Assembly: GCF_021378375.1 (NCBI RefSeq)
Contig: NZ_CP076228.1
Location: forward strand, 330,001-362,000
Length of the DNA stretch: 32,000 nucleotides
Reading direction: 5' to 3'
DNA from: Wolbachia endosymbiont of Drosophila innubila
GTDB taxonomy: Bacteria > Pseudomonadota > Alphaproteobacteria > Rickettsiales > Anaplasmataceae
Part shown: piece by piece, positions 1 through 10,139 of the stretch
Layout: the number at the start of each line of letters is the position of its first letter
Position numbering within the stretch: position 1 is the stretch's first letter
Notes under the pieces: generated by a model
Database searches by the model: none
What the model was told of the DNA's origin: nothing
The model's input: the letters and a program-made list of their open reading frames with translations, nothing else
Translations under genes and position numbers: made by a program

Positions 1-1695
1 TATCTTCGCCAGTTTTGCATACAGCCCGTCTTTACTCATTAGAAAGTCATGAGTTCCTACTTCTTCTACTTTTCCATGATTAATTACTATAATCTTGTCA
101 GTCTTGAGTGCGGTTGATAGCCTGTGTGTAATTACGATTGTTGTTCTGTTTTGCATTAACTTGCTCAATGCTTTTTGCACGAGGTTCTCACTTTTGTAAT
201 CAAGGGCAGAGGTTGCTTCATCCAGTATTAAAACCTGAGGATTGTTGAGTATGGCCCTTGCTATTACAATACGTTGTTTTTGTCCTTCAGAAAGTTTTAA
301 TCCTCTTTTTCCTACAAATGTATCAAATTTATCAGGCAGCTTATCAATAAATTCCATCGCATAAGCGCTGATGGCTGCTTGCTTCACTTCCTCATATTCG
401 GCACCTGGTTTGCCATATAGTATATTTTCCATTATTGAGCAAGAAAATATCATGTGATCTTGTGGCACTAAGCCAAACAACGATCTGAGGTCATTTAGCG
501 CAATTGACTTAATATTGTGCCCATCGATAGTAATGCTACCTTTGTTTGGATCATGAAAACGGAGCAGAAGCTTTAAAATGGTGCTTTTACCACTGCCAGA
601 TGGTCCAACAATTGATACTGCTTGACCTGCCTCTATAGAAAATGATACGTTATCTAATGCTGGCTTATCAGCATAAAAAAATGTTACACCATTAAACGAA
701 ATTCCTTTTTGAACACTATAAATTTTTATAGGATCATCGGCATCTACTATAGAGCTTTTCATATTTTTAAATTCAAATAAACGCTCTACTATTCCAAGAC
801 CTCGTTGTAAATCACTGATATTATCGCTCAAATTATTTATAGCTCCTGCCGCAAGCGCTGAATAAAACACAAATGAGGAGAGTTCTCCAATAGTTATATT
901 ATTGCTTAAGACTTCTTTAATACCAAAAAAGAGCAAAACAACTAGTGAACCTATCACACACGTGATAACTAGAGTTACTAGAATAGCACGCAAGAGTACT
1001 AATTTTACGTATGATTTTGATACTGAGTTTAAATACTCCTTAAAACGGGTTTTTTCATTTTCTTCGAGTACAAACGATTTGATAGTCACTATAGATCTAA
1101 AATTTTCCTCACTAAATGACGCAAGCTCACTTAATTTATCCTGGGCAAAGCGTGCATAGCTACGCACTTTTTTTCCAAGTGAGGTCATGATAATGAGTAG
1201 TATAGGTATTATTGCGGCTGCATACGCAGTTAGTTGTATATTTGTATATAATAACATAGCAACACTGCCAATCAGAATCACAAAATTTCGTAATATGGTT
1301 AGTAAGCTGCTGTTTATTATTGATTGCAGCACAGAGGTATCAGTAATTAACGCTGAGATAACATCTTGTACGCCTGTGTTCTCAAAGAAACTTGGTTGCA
1401 AGTTAGTGATACTGCTATATAAGTCATATCTGATTCTTGCGATAACTTTCTCGCTGCCAATGCCAATGAAATATAACCGAGTAAATGCAGTGAGAGAAAT
1501 GGCTAAAACTATAAGTATTGCAACTAATAGTTTGGTAGTAAAATCGTGCTCTGTGCCAGAATCAATTATATTGCTTAAGCCTCTGCCAAAGAGGAGGATC
1601 GTTAAGGCTGAAAATAAAACTGCAATAAAAGCTATGACAAAATAGGATAGATTAGGCTTTATATAGTAAAATAACTGCCTAATATTAGATCGCAT
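1..1695 (-). CDS. ABC transporter, fused permease/ATP-binding protein (MsbA/exporter-like); 3' end lies outside the window
   Basis: Reverse-strand reading from ATG at 1695 stays in frame to position 1. Contains the signature and Walker B region VGKRGLKLSEGQKQRIVIARAILNNPQVLILDEATSALD, plus hydrophobic N-terminal segments (MRSNIRQLFYYIKPNLSYFVIAFIAVLFS...). Confidence 0.9.
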   Translation of the reverse strand, partial: MRSNIRQLFYYIKPNLSYFVIAFIAVLFSALTILLFGRGLSNIIDSGTEHDFTTKLLVAILIVLAISLTAFTRLYFIGIGSEKVIARIRYDLYSSITNLQPSFFENTGVQDVISALITDTSVLQSIINSSLLTILRNFVILIGSVAMLLYTNIQLTAYAAAIIPILLIIMTSLGKKVRSYARFAQDKLSELASFSEENFRSIVTIKSFVLEENEKTRFKEYLNSVSKSYVKLVLLRAILVTLVITCVIGSLVVLLFFGIKEVLSNNITIGELSSFVFYSALAAGAINNLSDNISDLQRGLGIVERLFEFKNMKSSIVDADDPIKIYSVQKGISFNGVTFFYADKPALDNVSFSIEAGQAVSIVGPSGSGKSTILKLLLRFHDPNKGSITIDGHNIKSIALNDLRSLFGLVPQDHMIFSCSIMENILYGKPGAEYEEVKQAAISAYAMEFIDKLPDKFDTFVGKRGLKLSEGQKQRIVIARAILNNPQVLILDEATSALDYKSENLVQKALSKLMQNRTTIVITHRLSTALKTDKIIVINHGKVEEVGTHDFLMSKDGLYAKLAKI

Positions 1696-1819
1696 CTTAT
1701 TTTAAAGTTTCTAAAGTTAAGTATATAGATTTTAGTTTCAGGGGAAAGGGGAAAGGTGTAGTATGAAGCAATTTAGGTTCTGCAGCTGTTGTGATTTTAG
1801 TCCACCAAGAAAGGGTAGT

Positions 1820-2540
1820 AGCTCGCAGAAACAAAAAACTTACTTGACAAACTCCGCCAGCCCCCTTATCATAAAATTGAAGCTATTGTATTTGCTTTCG
1901 CCAATCTGCAGATTAAAAGGTAAGGATTACTTAATGTATCGGCGTCTCATGTTCAATTTTTTGCAGTATATAGATACTGTATGTCTTTACAAAACTTCAT
2001 CTACATCTAGATTTTTATCTAAATAAGCTGAACGCGCTTATAAAGCGTTACAAGACATCAAAAAATGCCAATACTCGACAGAGATAGTAAAAGACTAGCT
2101 AACTCGGGGATTCTTTGTCTTTTTTTCTGCTTAGTAAACTTCTTAAACATTTGCAGCGTAAGTTAGTTGCAATTAAAAGCAGCTTAATCTTGCTTGTCAA
2201 GCGTTTAAAACATAAAAAACGCCAATATTTTAAAGCGGATAATAACCCCAGGGCTTCTTTTGCCTTTTTTTTCATTTGGTAAATTTCTTAACGTTTGCAG
2301 CTAAACGACAACCGTCATCCCGCTACTTGTTAGCGGCTAAGAGATACTGCGGCGGTATGACGGTTTGCGGCGGCATGACCTCGTCATTCCCCTACGTGTT
2401 AGCGGGATCTATGTTAAGGTATGACGGTTAAGTAAGGGATCTATGTTAAGAGATACCGCGGCGGTATGACGGTTCGTGGCAGCGTGACGATAACCTCGTC
2501 ATCCCGCTACGTGTTAGCGCCGCGGCGGTATAGCTATACT
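1820..2540. repeat. Non-coding dispersed repeat region, related in inverted orientation to 8110..8800
   Basis: For example 'gccagcccccttatcataaaattgaagctattgtatttgctttcgccaatctgcagattaa...ggcgtctcatgttcaattttt' matches, with divergence, the reverse complement of ~8650..8790. Confidence 0.65.
2310..2535. repeat. Short palindromic intergenic repeats (cgtcatcccgctac.tgttagcg... / ...gcggtatgacggt)
   Basis: Repeated GC-rich motifs 'gtcatcccgctacgtgttagcg' and 'gcggcggtatgacggtt' in AT-rich intergenic DNA. The same family occurs at 8160..8310. Confidence 0.7.
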
Positions 2541-2607
2541 TAAAAATATGGTTGAATAGTTGTTAATAATAGTGTATAATTATTAATCTTTTCTCAGTAT
2601 TTTTACT

Positions 2608-5600
2608 ATGGCTCTTTCTAAATTTCTCGATCCAAAGTTAGATTTAACATTTAAGAAAATCTTTGGCACTGAAAAAAATAAGAATATTCTTATCCATTTT
2701 TTAAACGATATTTTAGGATGTACTGAAGTCAACACTATACAAGAAGTAGAATTCTTAAGCACCATTATGGACCCTGAAATTGCTTCTGATAAACAAAGCA
2801 TTGTTGATGTTCTTTGCAGAGATTCTAGTGGGAACAGGTATATAATTGAGATGGTGCGACCTGAAAGCCTTCGGTCATATTGTTTATAAAAGGAGAGGAA
2901 TTCATTCAGAAAGAAACTGAAAGGATTCTAAAGCTTATTGAGCCAGATGTTTTGCCATCTGAGTCTACGCATCAGTGCGAATTGGGTAACCAGTTGGTGC
3001 TGAGCGACGCGGACAATGAACCTCCTCTTGATAAAGAAGATGCTCAATCGTGAGAGAAAGCATAAACTACAAGCATCATGTGGTTGGAGGGCTAGGCTTA
3101 GTGGTATGGTGAACGTAAGTGAAGCTTCATAAGTATCGTAACGATTAAAGAGCTAAAGATGCTGATAAGCTCCGACCAAAAGGTAATGTGACATTTTTCA
3201 TTTCTGGATGTACGCAAATAATAATTCCACCGGTATAGAGAAGCCACCTAACCCACTATTGTATGACAAAAGGAACAGGATAAGCCTGTATTTTCGCCTA
3301 TATGGCAGGCAACCCGCAAGGAATGCTGATGGATGTGCAGGTAAAGGATAATGGAGAAAGCGAATGCCATTTTGTAACGAAATGGATAGAATTTGTAACA
3401 TTAATTCGCGTGAAAACGAGCAGACTTCCATTTGGTCCTTCATGACAAGAAACTTTGTTAACCACTTAAGGTAGGAAAGCAGATGATTACAAGTACAACT
3501 GTAAGTGCACCTACCAATAACTCCGAAGCATGGAACCAGTTACCCTGGAAGAAATGCCAAAAGTTGTTATGAGGCTACAGAGGCGTATTGTTAAGGCTGT
3601 CCAACAAGGCAGATGGGGTAAGGTGAAAACTTTACAACACCTTCTCACACGCTCTTTTAGCGGCAAAGCTTTGGCGGTTAAGAGAGTAACTGAAAACCAA
3701 GGAAAAACACAGCAGGTGTAGATCGTCAAATATGGTCAACTTGCAACACAAAATTTCAAGGAATAAAGCTATTAAAACAAAGAGGATACAAACCTTCTCC
3801 GCTAAAACGGATATACATCAGTAAGTCTAATGGCAAAAGAAGACCTCTGAATCCCTACGATAAAAGATAGAGCCATGCAAGCATTATACTTGTTTGCTTT
3901 GGAACCGATAGCTGAAACGATCAGTGATCGTCACTCTTATGGTTTTAGACCAAAAGATCCTGCGCAGACGCTACTGTGGCTTGCCACTTGTTACTGGCAA
4001 GCCGTAACCAACTACAATGGATACTCGAAGGTGATATTAAAGGGTGTTTTGATAACATTAACCATGAATGGCTCATGAAGCATATTCCTATGGAGAAGAA
4101 AATTCTTCATAGCTGGTTAAAAGCTGGCTTCCTAGAATCAAAACTCTGTATTCCACAACTGCAGGTACCCCACAAGGTAGTATCATCTCTCCAATACTAG
4201 CAAATCTAGCCCTAAATGGACTTGAAAAATCATTGGAAAGTCAATTTGGTAAACTTGGCAGTAAAAGAAGAAGCAAAATCAGAAGTGGAGTAAATGTAAT
4301 CAGGTACGCAGATGACTTTATCATTTCAGGAATCACACGTGAAGTACTGGAAAATGAAGTAAAACCTCTAGTATCGTCCTTTCTTCAGGAGAGAGGTCTT
4401 ATCCTTTCCGAAGAGAAAACAAAAATTACATCTATTACAACAGGGTTTGACTTTCTTGGTTGTAATGTACGCAGGTATAATAAGAAGTTAATTATAAAAC
4501 CTTCAAAAGAAAGTATTAAGAAACTTCTTAATAAAGCACGTACATTGATAAAGGCAAACATAGCGAACACTCAGGCCGTACTAATCAAGTTGCTCAATTC
4601 CCTATTAAGGGATGGGAAAATTACTACAGCCATGTGTGTGCGAAAAGAGCTTTAACAAAATAGACCATGAAATTATGTGTGCTCTATGGAAATGGGCAAA
4701 GAAAAGACATCCTCGTAAAGGATTACGTTGGATAAAGAATCGTTACTTCAAGGTAATGAAACAACGCCAATGGGTCTTTGCTGCACCCATATGCAAGAAC
4801 AAACCGAAAGAGATAAGGTATTTAAGACTGCTTAGGTTGATTGATATACCTATCAGACGACATGTTAAAATCAGGGCGGATGCAAATCCACTTGACTTAA
4901 AATGGAAAAAGTATTTTGATGAAAGAGTGAAACAAACAAAAATGTTAGCAAGCTCTTTCTCAAGAGAAGGTTCTCTGCTGTTGGTGTCACCATTAAGAAT
5001 GATGTTTTCTGAGGAATCATGAAGGACAAGCCGGTTCGAGAAAAGAAGGACTTAGATAAGGGGCTCAAGCGTAGTGTGGAGAAACCTGCATGCTGCGTTT
5101 CTAAGGGAGGAGTAGTAGCAATACTACTTCCTTACCTAACCAGGTCGCTAAAACTAAGGGCTTTGAAAAACGCGCACAACTTTATGCTGCTAAGGCTTAC
5201 TCAAGACAAGCTGATAAATCTGGTAAATACGTTGATTTAAAGAAGATTTTCTTTATCGCGATTTCAAATTGTACCTTATTCCCTGATAAGCTTGACTATA
5301 TATCTAGCCATACCATAAGAGATGAAAAAACCAATGAGCATGACTTAAAAGATTTTCAATTTATCTTCATAGAGCTGCCAAAATTTCCTAAGAGTAGAGA
5401 AGAACAACTAGAAAGTGTAGTAGACCGTTGGCTATTTTTTTTCAAATATGCAGATGAAACAACGGACGAAGATCTCAGAAAAATTGCGGAAAAATCACCA
5501 ATAATAAAGCTAGCATATGATGAATTAGATAAGTTTCACTGGAATGAAAAAGATCTAATAACTTATGAAGAAAGAATAATGGATCTGCGCAAAGAAGAAG

Positions 5601-5815
5601 CCATTCTTGAATACAGACTTGATCTTGCTACTGAAAAAGGCATCCAAATTGGCGAAGAAAGAGGCATCAAAATCGGTAAAGAGGAAGGAAAAATCGAAGG
5701 AAAAATCGAAGTCGCAAAAGCAATGCTGGCTAACAATGTTGATGTCAACACTATTGTCAAATTTACTGGCCTTTCTATTAGTGAGATTGAAGAATTAAGT
5801 GTGAACGGTTACTAA
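2608..5815 (+). CDS. Rpn-family recombination-promoting nuclease / putative PD-(D/E)XK transposase, interrupted by a group II intron. Exon 1 is 2608..2853 and exon 2 is 5141..5815; the spliced product would be ~306 aa
   Basis: Exon 1: MALSKFLDPKLDLTFKKIFGTEKNKNILIHFLNDIL...SSGNRYIIEM. Exon 2 continues in frame as QVAKTKGFEKRAQLYAAKAYSRQADKSGKYVDLKKIFFIAISNCTLFPDKLDYISSH..., a contiguous Rpn/PD-(D/E)XK transposase sequence. Confidence 0.85.
2854..5140 (+). mobile_element. Group II intron copy 1 (2287 bp), with a frameshifted reverse transcriptase/maturase ORF
   Basis: 5' end GTGCGACC (GUGYG-type). 3' end has a D6-like hairpin (gtagtagcaatactac) followed by ...ttacctaac. Boundaries are set by the reading frame of the flanking exons and by alignment to 26195..28490. 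Confidence 0.9.
3530..5022 (+). pseudogene. Frameshifted group II intron reverse transcriptase/maturase (ltrA-like), broken by several single-base homopolymer deletions relative to copy 2
   Basis: ORF fragments 3530..3721, 3875..4078, 3976..4200, 4233..4655 and 4612..5022 together match the intact 515 aa protein at 26824..28371. Confidence 0.85.
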
Positions 5816-6217
5816 TTAAGAACTTTAATTATCAATCATAAATCACTGAATTTCGCTAGTAAATTTGTTGCCATTGTCCATATTGCACAATTGTATATAA
5901 GATATAGTATAACAATAGTGTCCGTTCAGCTAATACCAATTCCCACTGCACAATAAACGGATAGATAACAATGGAAAAAAAGCCATACTATTGCCTTTCT
6001 TTCTCACTCCACAATTAAATAACTCTACAATATCGCTTATTTGATTCACTAATAATGAGAATTGGTATAACTTTGCTATTTTTCTCTCTAGATTCTTGCA
6101 AAGTTCTACAAGATTAACCACATTACCTCACGGTTTCTCTATGATTATTTTTTTAGATTACTTGTTTACCTTATTTGCCGTTCTCCTGAACGAATATACA
6201 TAAGCTATAAAAACTAT

Positions 6218-7105
6218 CTAATAGCTACCCAAAACCCTTATTTCCCACTCAAGTTCAACATTAAATTTATCCTTTACTGCATCTTTTACTTTGTTGCCAA
6301 GGTTTTCCAAGTCAGATGCAGTTGCATTATCGTAATTGAGCAAGAAGTTACAATGTTTCTTAGAGATTCTAGCTCCACCAATATTTAACCTTAGGCAGCC
6401 AGATTTATCAATTAACTCCCATGCTCGGTAGTTTTTTGGATTTTTGAATATGCACCCAGCAGTTTTTCCTCTTATTGGCTGGCTTTTATTTTTCCTCTCA
6501 ATAACTTCCTTTAACCTTTGCAGTATAAGCTCATACTCTGAGTTTACTCCTTTAAACTCAGCTTCAACAAAAATCCAATTTCCTTTTAGGCTATGTCCAC
6601 GGTAAAAATACCCCATTTCTTCGCTGGAGAACTCATATAGGTTTCCATCCTCTAGATTCACTGCTTTTATAGATTGTACAACACTTGCGATATCACTACC
6701 ATATGCACCTGCATTCATTTCTATTCCGCCACCAACTGTTCCTGGAATTCCAACTAGAAACTCCAACCCACTAATCTGCTGATTTCCCGCAAAGTGAGCA
6801 AGGTTGCTGAGCAGCACAGCTCCCCCAGCTACAATAGAGTTGTTACCCTTACTTTTAATATATGCAAACTCCTTACCTAATTTTACTGTTATTCCTCGAA
6901 TGCCACTATCTCGCACTATTATGTTGGATGTTGCACCAATAACGCTAACTGGCAGTTCAGTATTTTTAATCAAGTATGTTAAATCTTCAATATCACATGG
7001 TTTAAATAATACATCAGCTCGTCCACCAACATTTAACCACGTCGCTTTAGACATTAAGACATCATAACGATAGATTCCACGTACTTTAGGTAAGCTTATA
7101 AGCAT
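6218..7105 (-). CDS. murB: UDP-N-acetylenolpyruvoylglucosamine reductase
   Basis: 295 aa ORF: KATWLNVGGRADVLFKP, ISGLEFLVGIPGTVGGGIEMNAGAYG, GKTAGCIFKNP, ELIDKSGCLRLNIGGARIS. Classic MurB motifs. Confidence 0.96.
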   Translation of the reverse strand: MLISLPKVRGIYRYDVLMSKATWLNVGGRADVLFKPCDIEDLTYLIKNTELPVSVIGATSNIIVRDSGIRGITVKLGKEFAYIKSKGNNSIVAGGAVLLSNLAHFAGNQQISGLEFLVGIPGTVGGGIEMNAGAYGSDIASVVQSIKAVNLEDGNLYEFSSEEMGYFYRGHSLKGNWIFVEAEFKGVNSEYELILQRLKEVIERKNKSQPIRGKTAGCIFKNPKNYRAWELIDKSGCLRLNIGGARISKKHCNFLLNYDNATASDLENLGNKVKDAVKDKFNVELEWEIRVLGSY

Positions 7106-8004
7106 TTTGATTTCAACTCTAATCCTGCATCCATACCCATTTTCTCCGCATCTTCTATAAATGAAGTGCGCTCAGTGAAGTATATATTTTTTCCACTTGC
7201 TAACATACAACGAAGGTGTAGCATATTTTCGCTCACATATTCAGCCAAAGCTGCAAGTGGTGTAAAACATGAACCATTCACTGTCTTCATAAAACTGCGC
7301 TCTGATTTCACTCCTATAAAAGACATATTATTATTAATTTTCTCTAAAAGATCGATAATTTTTACATCATTCCTTCTACATTGAATACAAACCGCCCCCT
7401 GCCCCACTGCACTTAACATAACTTTTGGTGGCAATACCTCTGTAATCAAGTGATGTTTTTCTAATCTTATGAGTCCTGCTTCAGCTAGAATTATTCCATC
7501 AAAACTTTGATTTTGCAATCTGGTTGTTACATTTCCACGTAGCGGTACTATATTTAAATCTGGTCTAACATTTAACAACTGAACTTTTCTTCTTATTGAA
7601 GAAGTGGCAATAGTAGCCTGCTGTGGCAAAGACTCAAGGCTATTGTGTTTATGAGAAATAAACGCATCGCATGAACTTAGCCTTTCTAAAACACAAGGAA
7701 TTGTTAAACCCCCTGAGAAAAACGCAGGCATATCTTTTAGCGAATGAACTGCCATGTCTATATTATTTTCGAGCAATTCAGTCTCAATTTCTTTAATGAA
7801 TAATCCTTTGCCTCCTATTTCAGCAAGATTTGCGTTTGCATACTTATCTCCAGAAGTTTTTATTTTAACAATTTCAATAGATAAGTTAGGAAAAGAATCC
7901 AGCAACTTTTGTTTTGCTTCCAAAGCCTGGGCAACTGCAAGCTTGCTTCCTCTGGTACCTATTTTGACTAGCATGTGTACGATTGTTTGTCTGATGTCAT
8001 TCAA
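7096..8004 (-). CDS. hemC: Hydroxymethylbilane synthase (porphobilinogen deaminase); the true start is probably the internal MLVKIGTRGSKLA at ~7974
   Basis: MVKIGTRGSKLAVAQALEAKQKL, IVKIKTSGDK, KGLFIKEIETELLENNIDMAVHSLKDMP, IATSSIRRKVQLL, RGNVTTRLQ. HemC family motifs. Overlaps murB by 10 bp. Confidence 0.96.
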   Translation of the reverse strand: MNDIRQTIVHMLVKIGTRGSKLAVAQALEAKQKLLDSFPNLSIEIVKIKTSGDKYANANLAEIGGKGLFIKEIETELLENNIDMAVHSLKDMPAFFSGGLTIPCVLERLSSCDAFISHKHNSLESLPQQATIATSSIRRKVQLLNVRPDLNIVPLRGNVTTRLQNQSFDGIILAEAGLIRLEKHHLITEVLPPKVMLSAVGQGAVCIQCRRNDVKIIDLLEKINNNMSFIGVKSERSFMKTVNGSCFTPLAALAEYVSENMLHLRCMLASGKNIYFTERTSFIEDAEKMGMDAGLELKSKCL

Positions 8005-8109
8005 GTAGCTGACTACTTGGATCCAGTTTATATAAACCTTTGCATTTATTGTACTTTAACTTAAAACCAAAAGCAACTTTGACTTTACAAAATAATAACC
8101 TTTTATATG

Positions 8110-8870
8110 CATAAATAAGCTTACTGGATTCTAGTACTTGCATGACAAGGTATAAACCTTATCGTCATACCACCGCGAACCGTCATACCGTCACGGTATC
8201 TCTAGATCCCGCTAACACGTAGCGGGATGACGAATTATTTAACCGTCATCCCGCGATTCATTCGCGGTATCTCTAGATCCCGCTAACAAGCAGCGGGATG
8301 ACGGTTGTCGTTTAGCTATAAATATTAAAAAATTTACCAAGCGAAAAAAAAAGGCAAAAGAAGCCCCGTGGTGGTTGGCTATTTACTATGTACTAAAATA
8401 TCGGCGTTTTTTTTATTCTAAAACGCTTGATTAAGAGCGATTTAGCTGCTTTTAACTTGCAACTAACCTACACCGCAAGTGTTTAAGAAATTTACTAAGC
8501 AGGAAAAAGGCAAAGAAACCCCGTAGTAGCTAGCATTCAAATTCTCCTTGTCAATTTGACGTTTTTTGCTGTCTTAAACGCTTTGTAAGCGCGTTTCGGC
8601 TTATATAGGTAAAAACCCAGAAATTTTTAAAGACATGCGATGCACGTAGTGCGAAAAATTAAACATGAGACGCCAAATACCCTAAGTTTTTTGTCATTAA
8701 CCTGCACAGATTGCGAAGATAAATAAATAGCTTCAGTTTCATGATAAGGGGGTTGGCGAAGCTTGTCAAGGAATTTTTATGGCCTAGCGTCACGTGCTGG
8801 AATGACATTTGGGAATATGTTATCCGTTTGTCACTTCTAAATGATAAGAGCCTCAATGAATTTATTAGTT
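8110..8870. repeat. Non-coding dispersed repeat region (inverted relative to 1820..2540), including short palindromic elements at 8160..8310
   Basis: No supported ORF. 'gtcatcccgc...ggtatctctagatcccgctaac..gtagcgggatgacg' palindromes. The distal part matches the reverse complement of ~1840..2340. Confidence 0.65.
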
Positions 8871-8928
8871 TATTACATGTCTCTTTTCATGTATAAATCT
8901 ATAGAAAGTTTTATACGGAAGTTGTTTT

Positions 8929-10101
8929 ATGAGCAAAATTATAGAAATCAGAGCACCAAAAACTCTTGGTGGTGAATCAGTTACAGAAGGTATAGTAAAA
9001 ATAAAGAAGGGTATTGGAGAAGCAGTAAAAGTAGATGACTTGATCTTTGAAATTGAAACTGACAAAACAGCACTCGAATTAACTGCAGAAGCTTCAGGGC
9101 AAATAACTGAATTTCTTATAAAAGAAGATGATGTAATAAGTCCTGATCAATTGTTAGCGAAGCTTTCCATGGGAGAAGTAAAAGAGGAAGCGAGAAAAGA
9201 AGATAAAAGCGAAAGTGCTGCTAAAAAAGATGCTCCATCAGCTCGTAAAATTATGGAAGAAAATGCAATCAGTGCAGAAAGCGTCAAAGGAACTGGCATG
9301 GGAGGCAGAATAACAAAAGCAGATGTGATAGGCCATATGAACAAAGCTGAACAACCTGCAATAAAACAATATGAATTGCCAAAAAGTGTAGTAAATGGAG
9401 AGCAAAGAGAGGAACGAGTAAAAATGAGCAAAATAAGGCAAGTAATTGCCGCTCGTTTGAAAGCATCGCAAAATACTGCTGCAATACTGACCACGTTCAA
9501 TGAAATTGACATGAAGAATGTCATGGATCTAAGAGCAAAATATAAGGACGCCTTTGAAAAAAAATATGGAATAAAACTTGGTTTTATGTCGTTTTTTATA
9601 AAGGCAGCGGTGCAAGCATTGAAAGAAATTGCTGAAATTAACGCTGAAATCTCAGGCGATGAAATCATATATAAACATTACTATGACGTAGGTGTTGCTG
9701 TTGGCACCGATAAAGGTCTTGTTGTACCAGTTATTCGGGGTGCCGATCAGATGTCATTTGCAGAAATTGAGTTGACTTTAGTTGCTCTTGGCAAAAAAGC
9801 TCGTGAGGGTAAATTACAAGTATCAGAAATGGAAGGTGCAACATTTACCATCTCAAACGGTGGAGTATACGGTTCACTTCTTTCCACTCCGATAATAAAC
9901 CCTCCGCAATCTGGAATACTTGGAATGCATTCAATACAAAACAGGCCAGTTGCTGTTGGTAATGCAGTAGAAATCAGACCTATGATGTACATTGCTCTCT
10001 CTTACGATCACAGAATAGTTGACGGCAAAGGAGCAGTAACTTTCCTCGTTAAAATAAAAAATTATATAGAAGATCCAAATAGATTAGTTTTGGAAGTGTA
10101 G
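8929..10101 (+). CDS. sucB: Dihydrolipoyllysine-residue succinyltransferase, E2 component of 2-oxoglutarate dehydrogenase
   Basis: N-terminal lipoyl domain ([12 protein letters not shown]), E3-binding region ([30 protein letters not shown]), catalytic [21 protein letters not shown]. Confidence 0.95.
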   Translation: MSKIIEIRAPKTLGGESVTEGIVKIKKGIGEAVKVDDLIFEIETDKTALELTAEASGQITEFLIKEDDVISPDQLLAKLSMGEVKEEARKEDKSESAAKKDAPSARKIMEENAISAESVKGTGMGGRITKADVIGHMNKAEQPAIKQYELPKSVVNGEQREERVKMSKIRQVIAARLKASQNTAAILTTFNEIDMKNVMDLRAKYKDAFEKKYGIKLGFMSFFIKAAVQALKEIAEINAEISGDEIIYKHYYDVGVAVGTDKGLVVPVIRGADQMSFAEIELTLVALGKKAREGKLQVSEMEGATFTISNGGVYGSLLSTPIINPPQSGILGMHSIQNRPVAVGNAVEIRPMMYIALSYDHRIVDGKGAVTFLVKIKNYIEDPNRLVLEV

Positions 10102-10139
10102 CTCAAATGAATTGTTGTTAATCCAGTATTGCTAAAAAC

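Noticed and set aside
902-1159. Plus-strand ORFs at 902..1159 and 1187..1645
   Set aside because: Both are antisense to the supported ABC transporter ORF on the minus strand.
1763-2026. 87 aa ORF MKQFRFCSCCDFSPPRKG...
   Set aside because: Lies in the dispersed non-coding repeat region and its translation comes from repeat sequence; no protein motif.
3198-3443. 81 aa reverse ORF (MKDQMEVCSFSREL...), duplicated at 26539..26784
   Set aside because: It lies antisense within the structured 5' RNA region of both group II intron copies, so its duplication reflects the intron and not a gene.
5930-6121. 63 aa reverse ORF MVNLVELCKNLERKIAKLYQFSLLVNQ...
   Set aside because: Possible transposase remnant flanked by short ataccaattc/gaattggtat repeats, but too short and without recognisable motifs to call.
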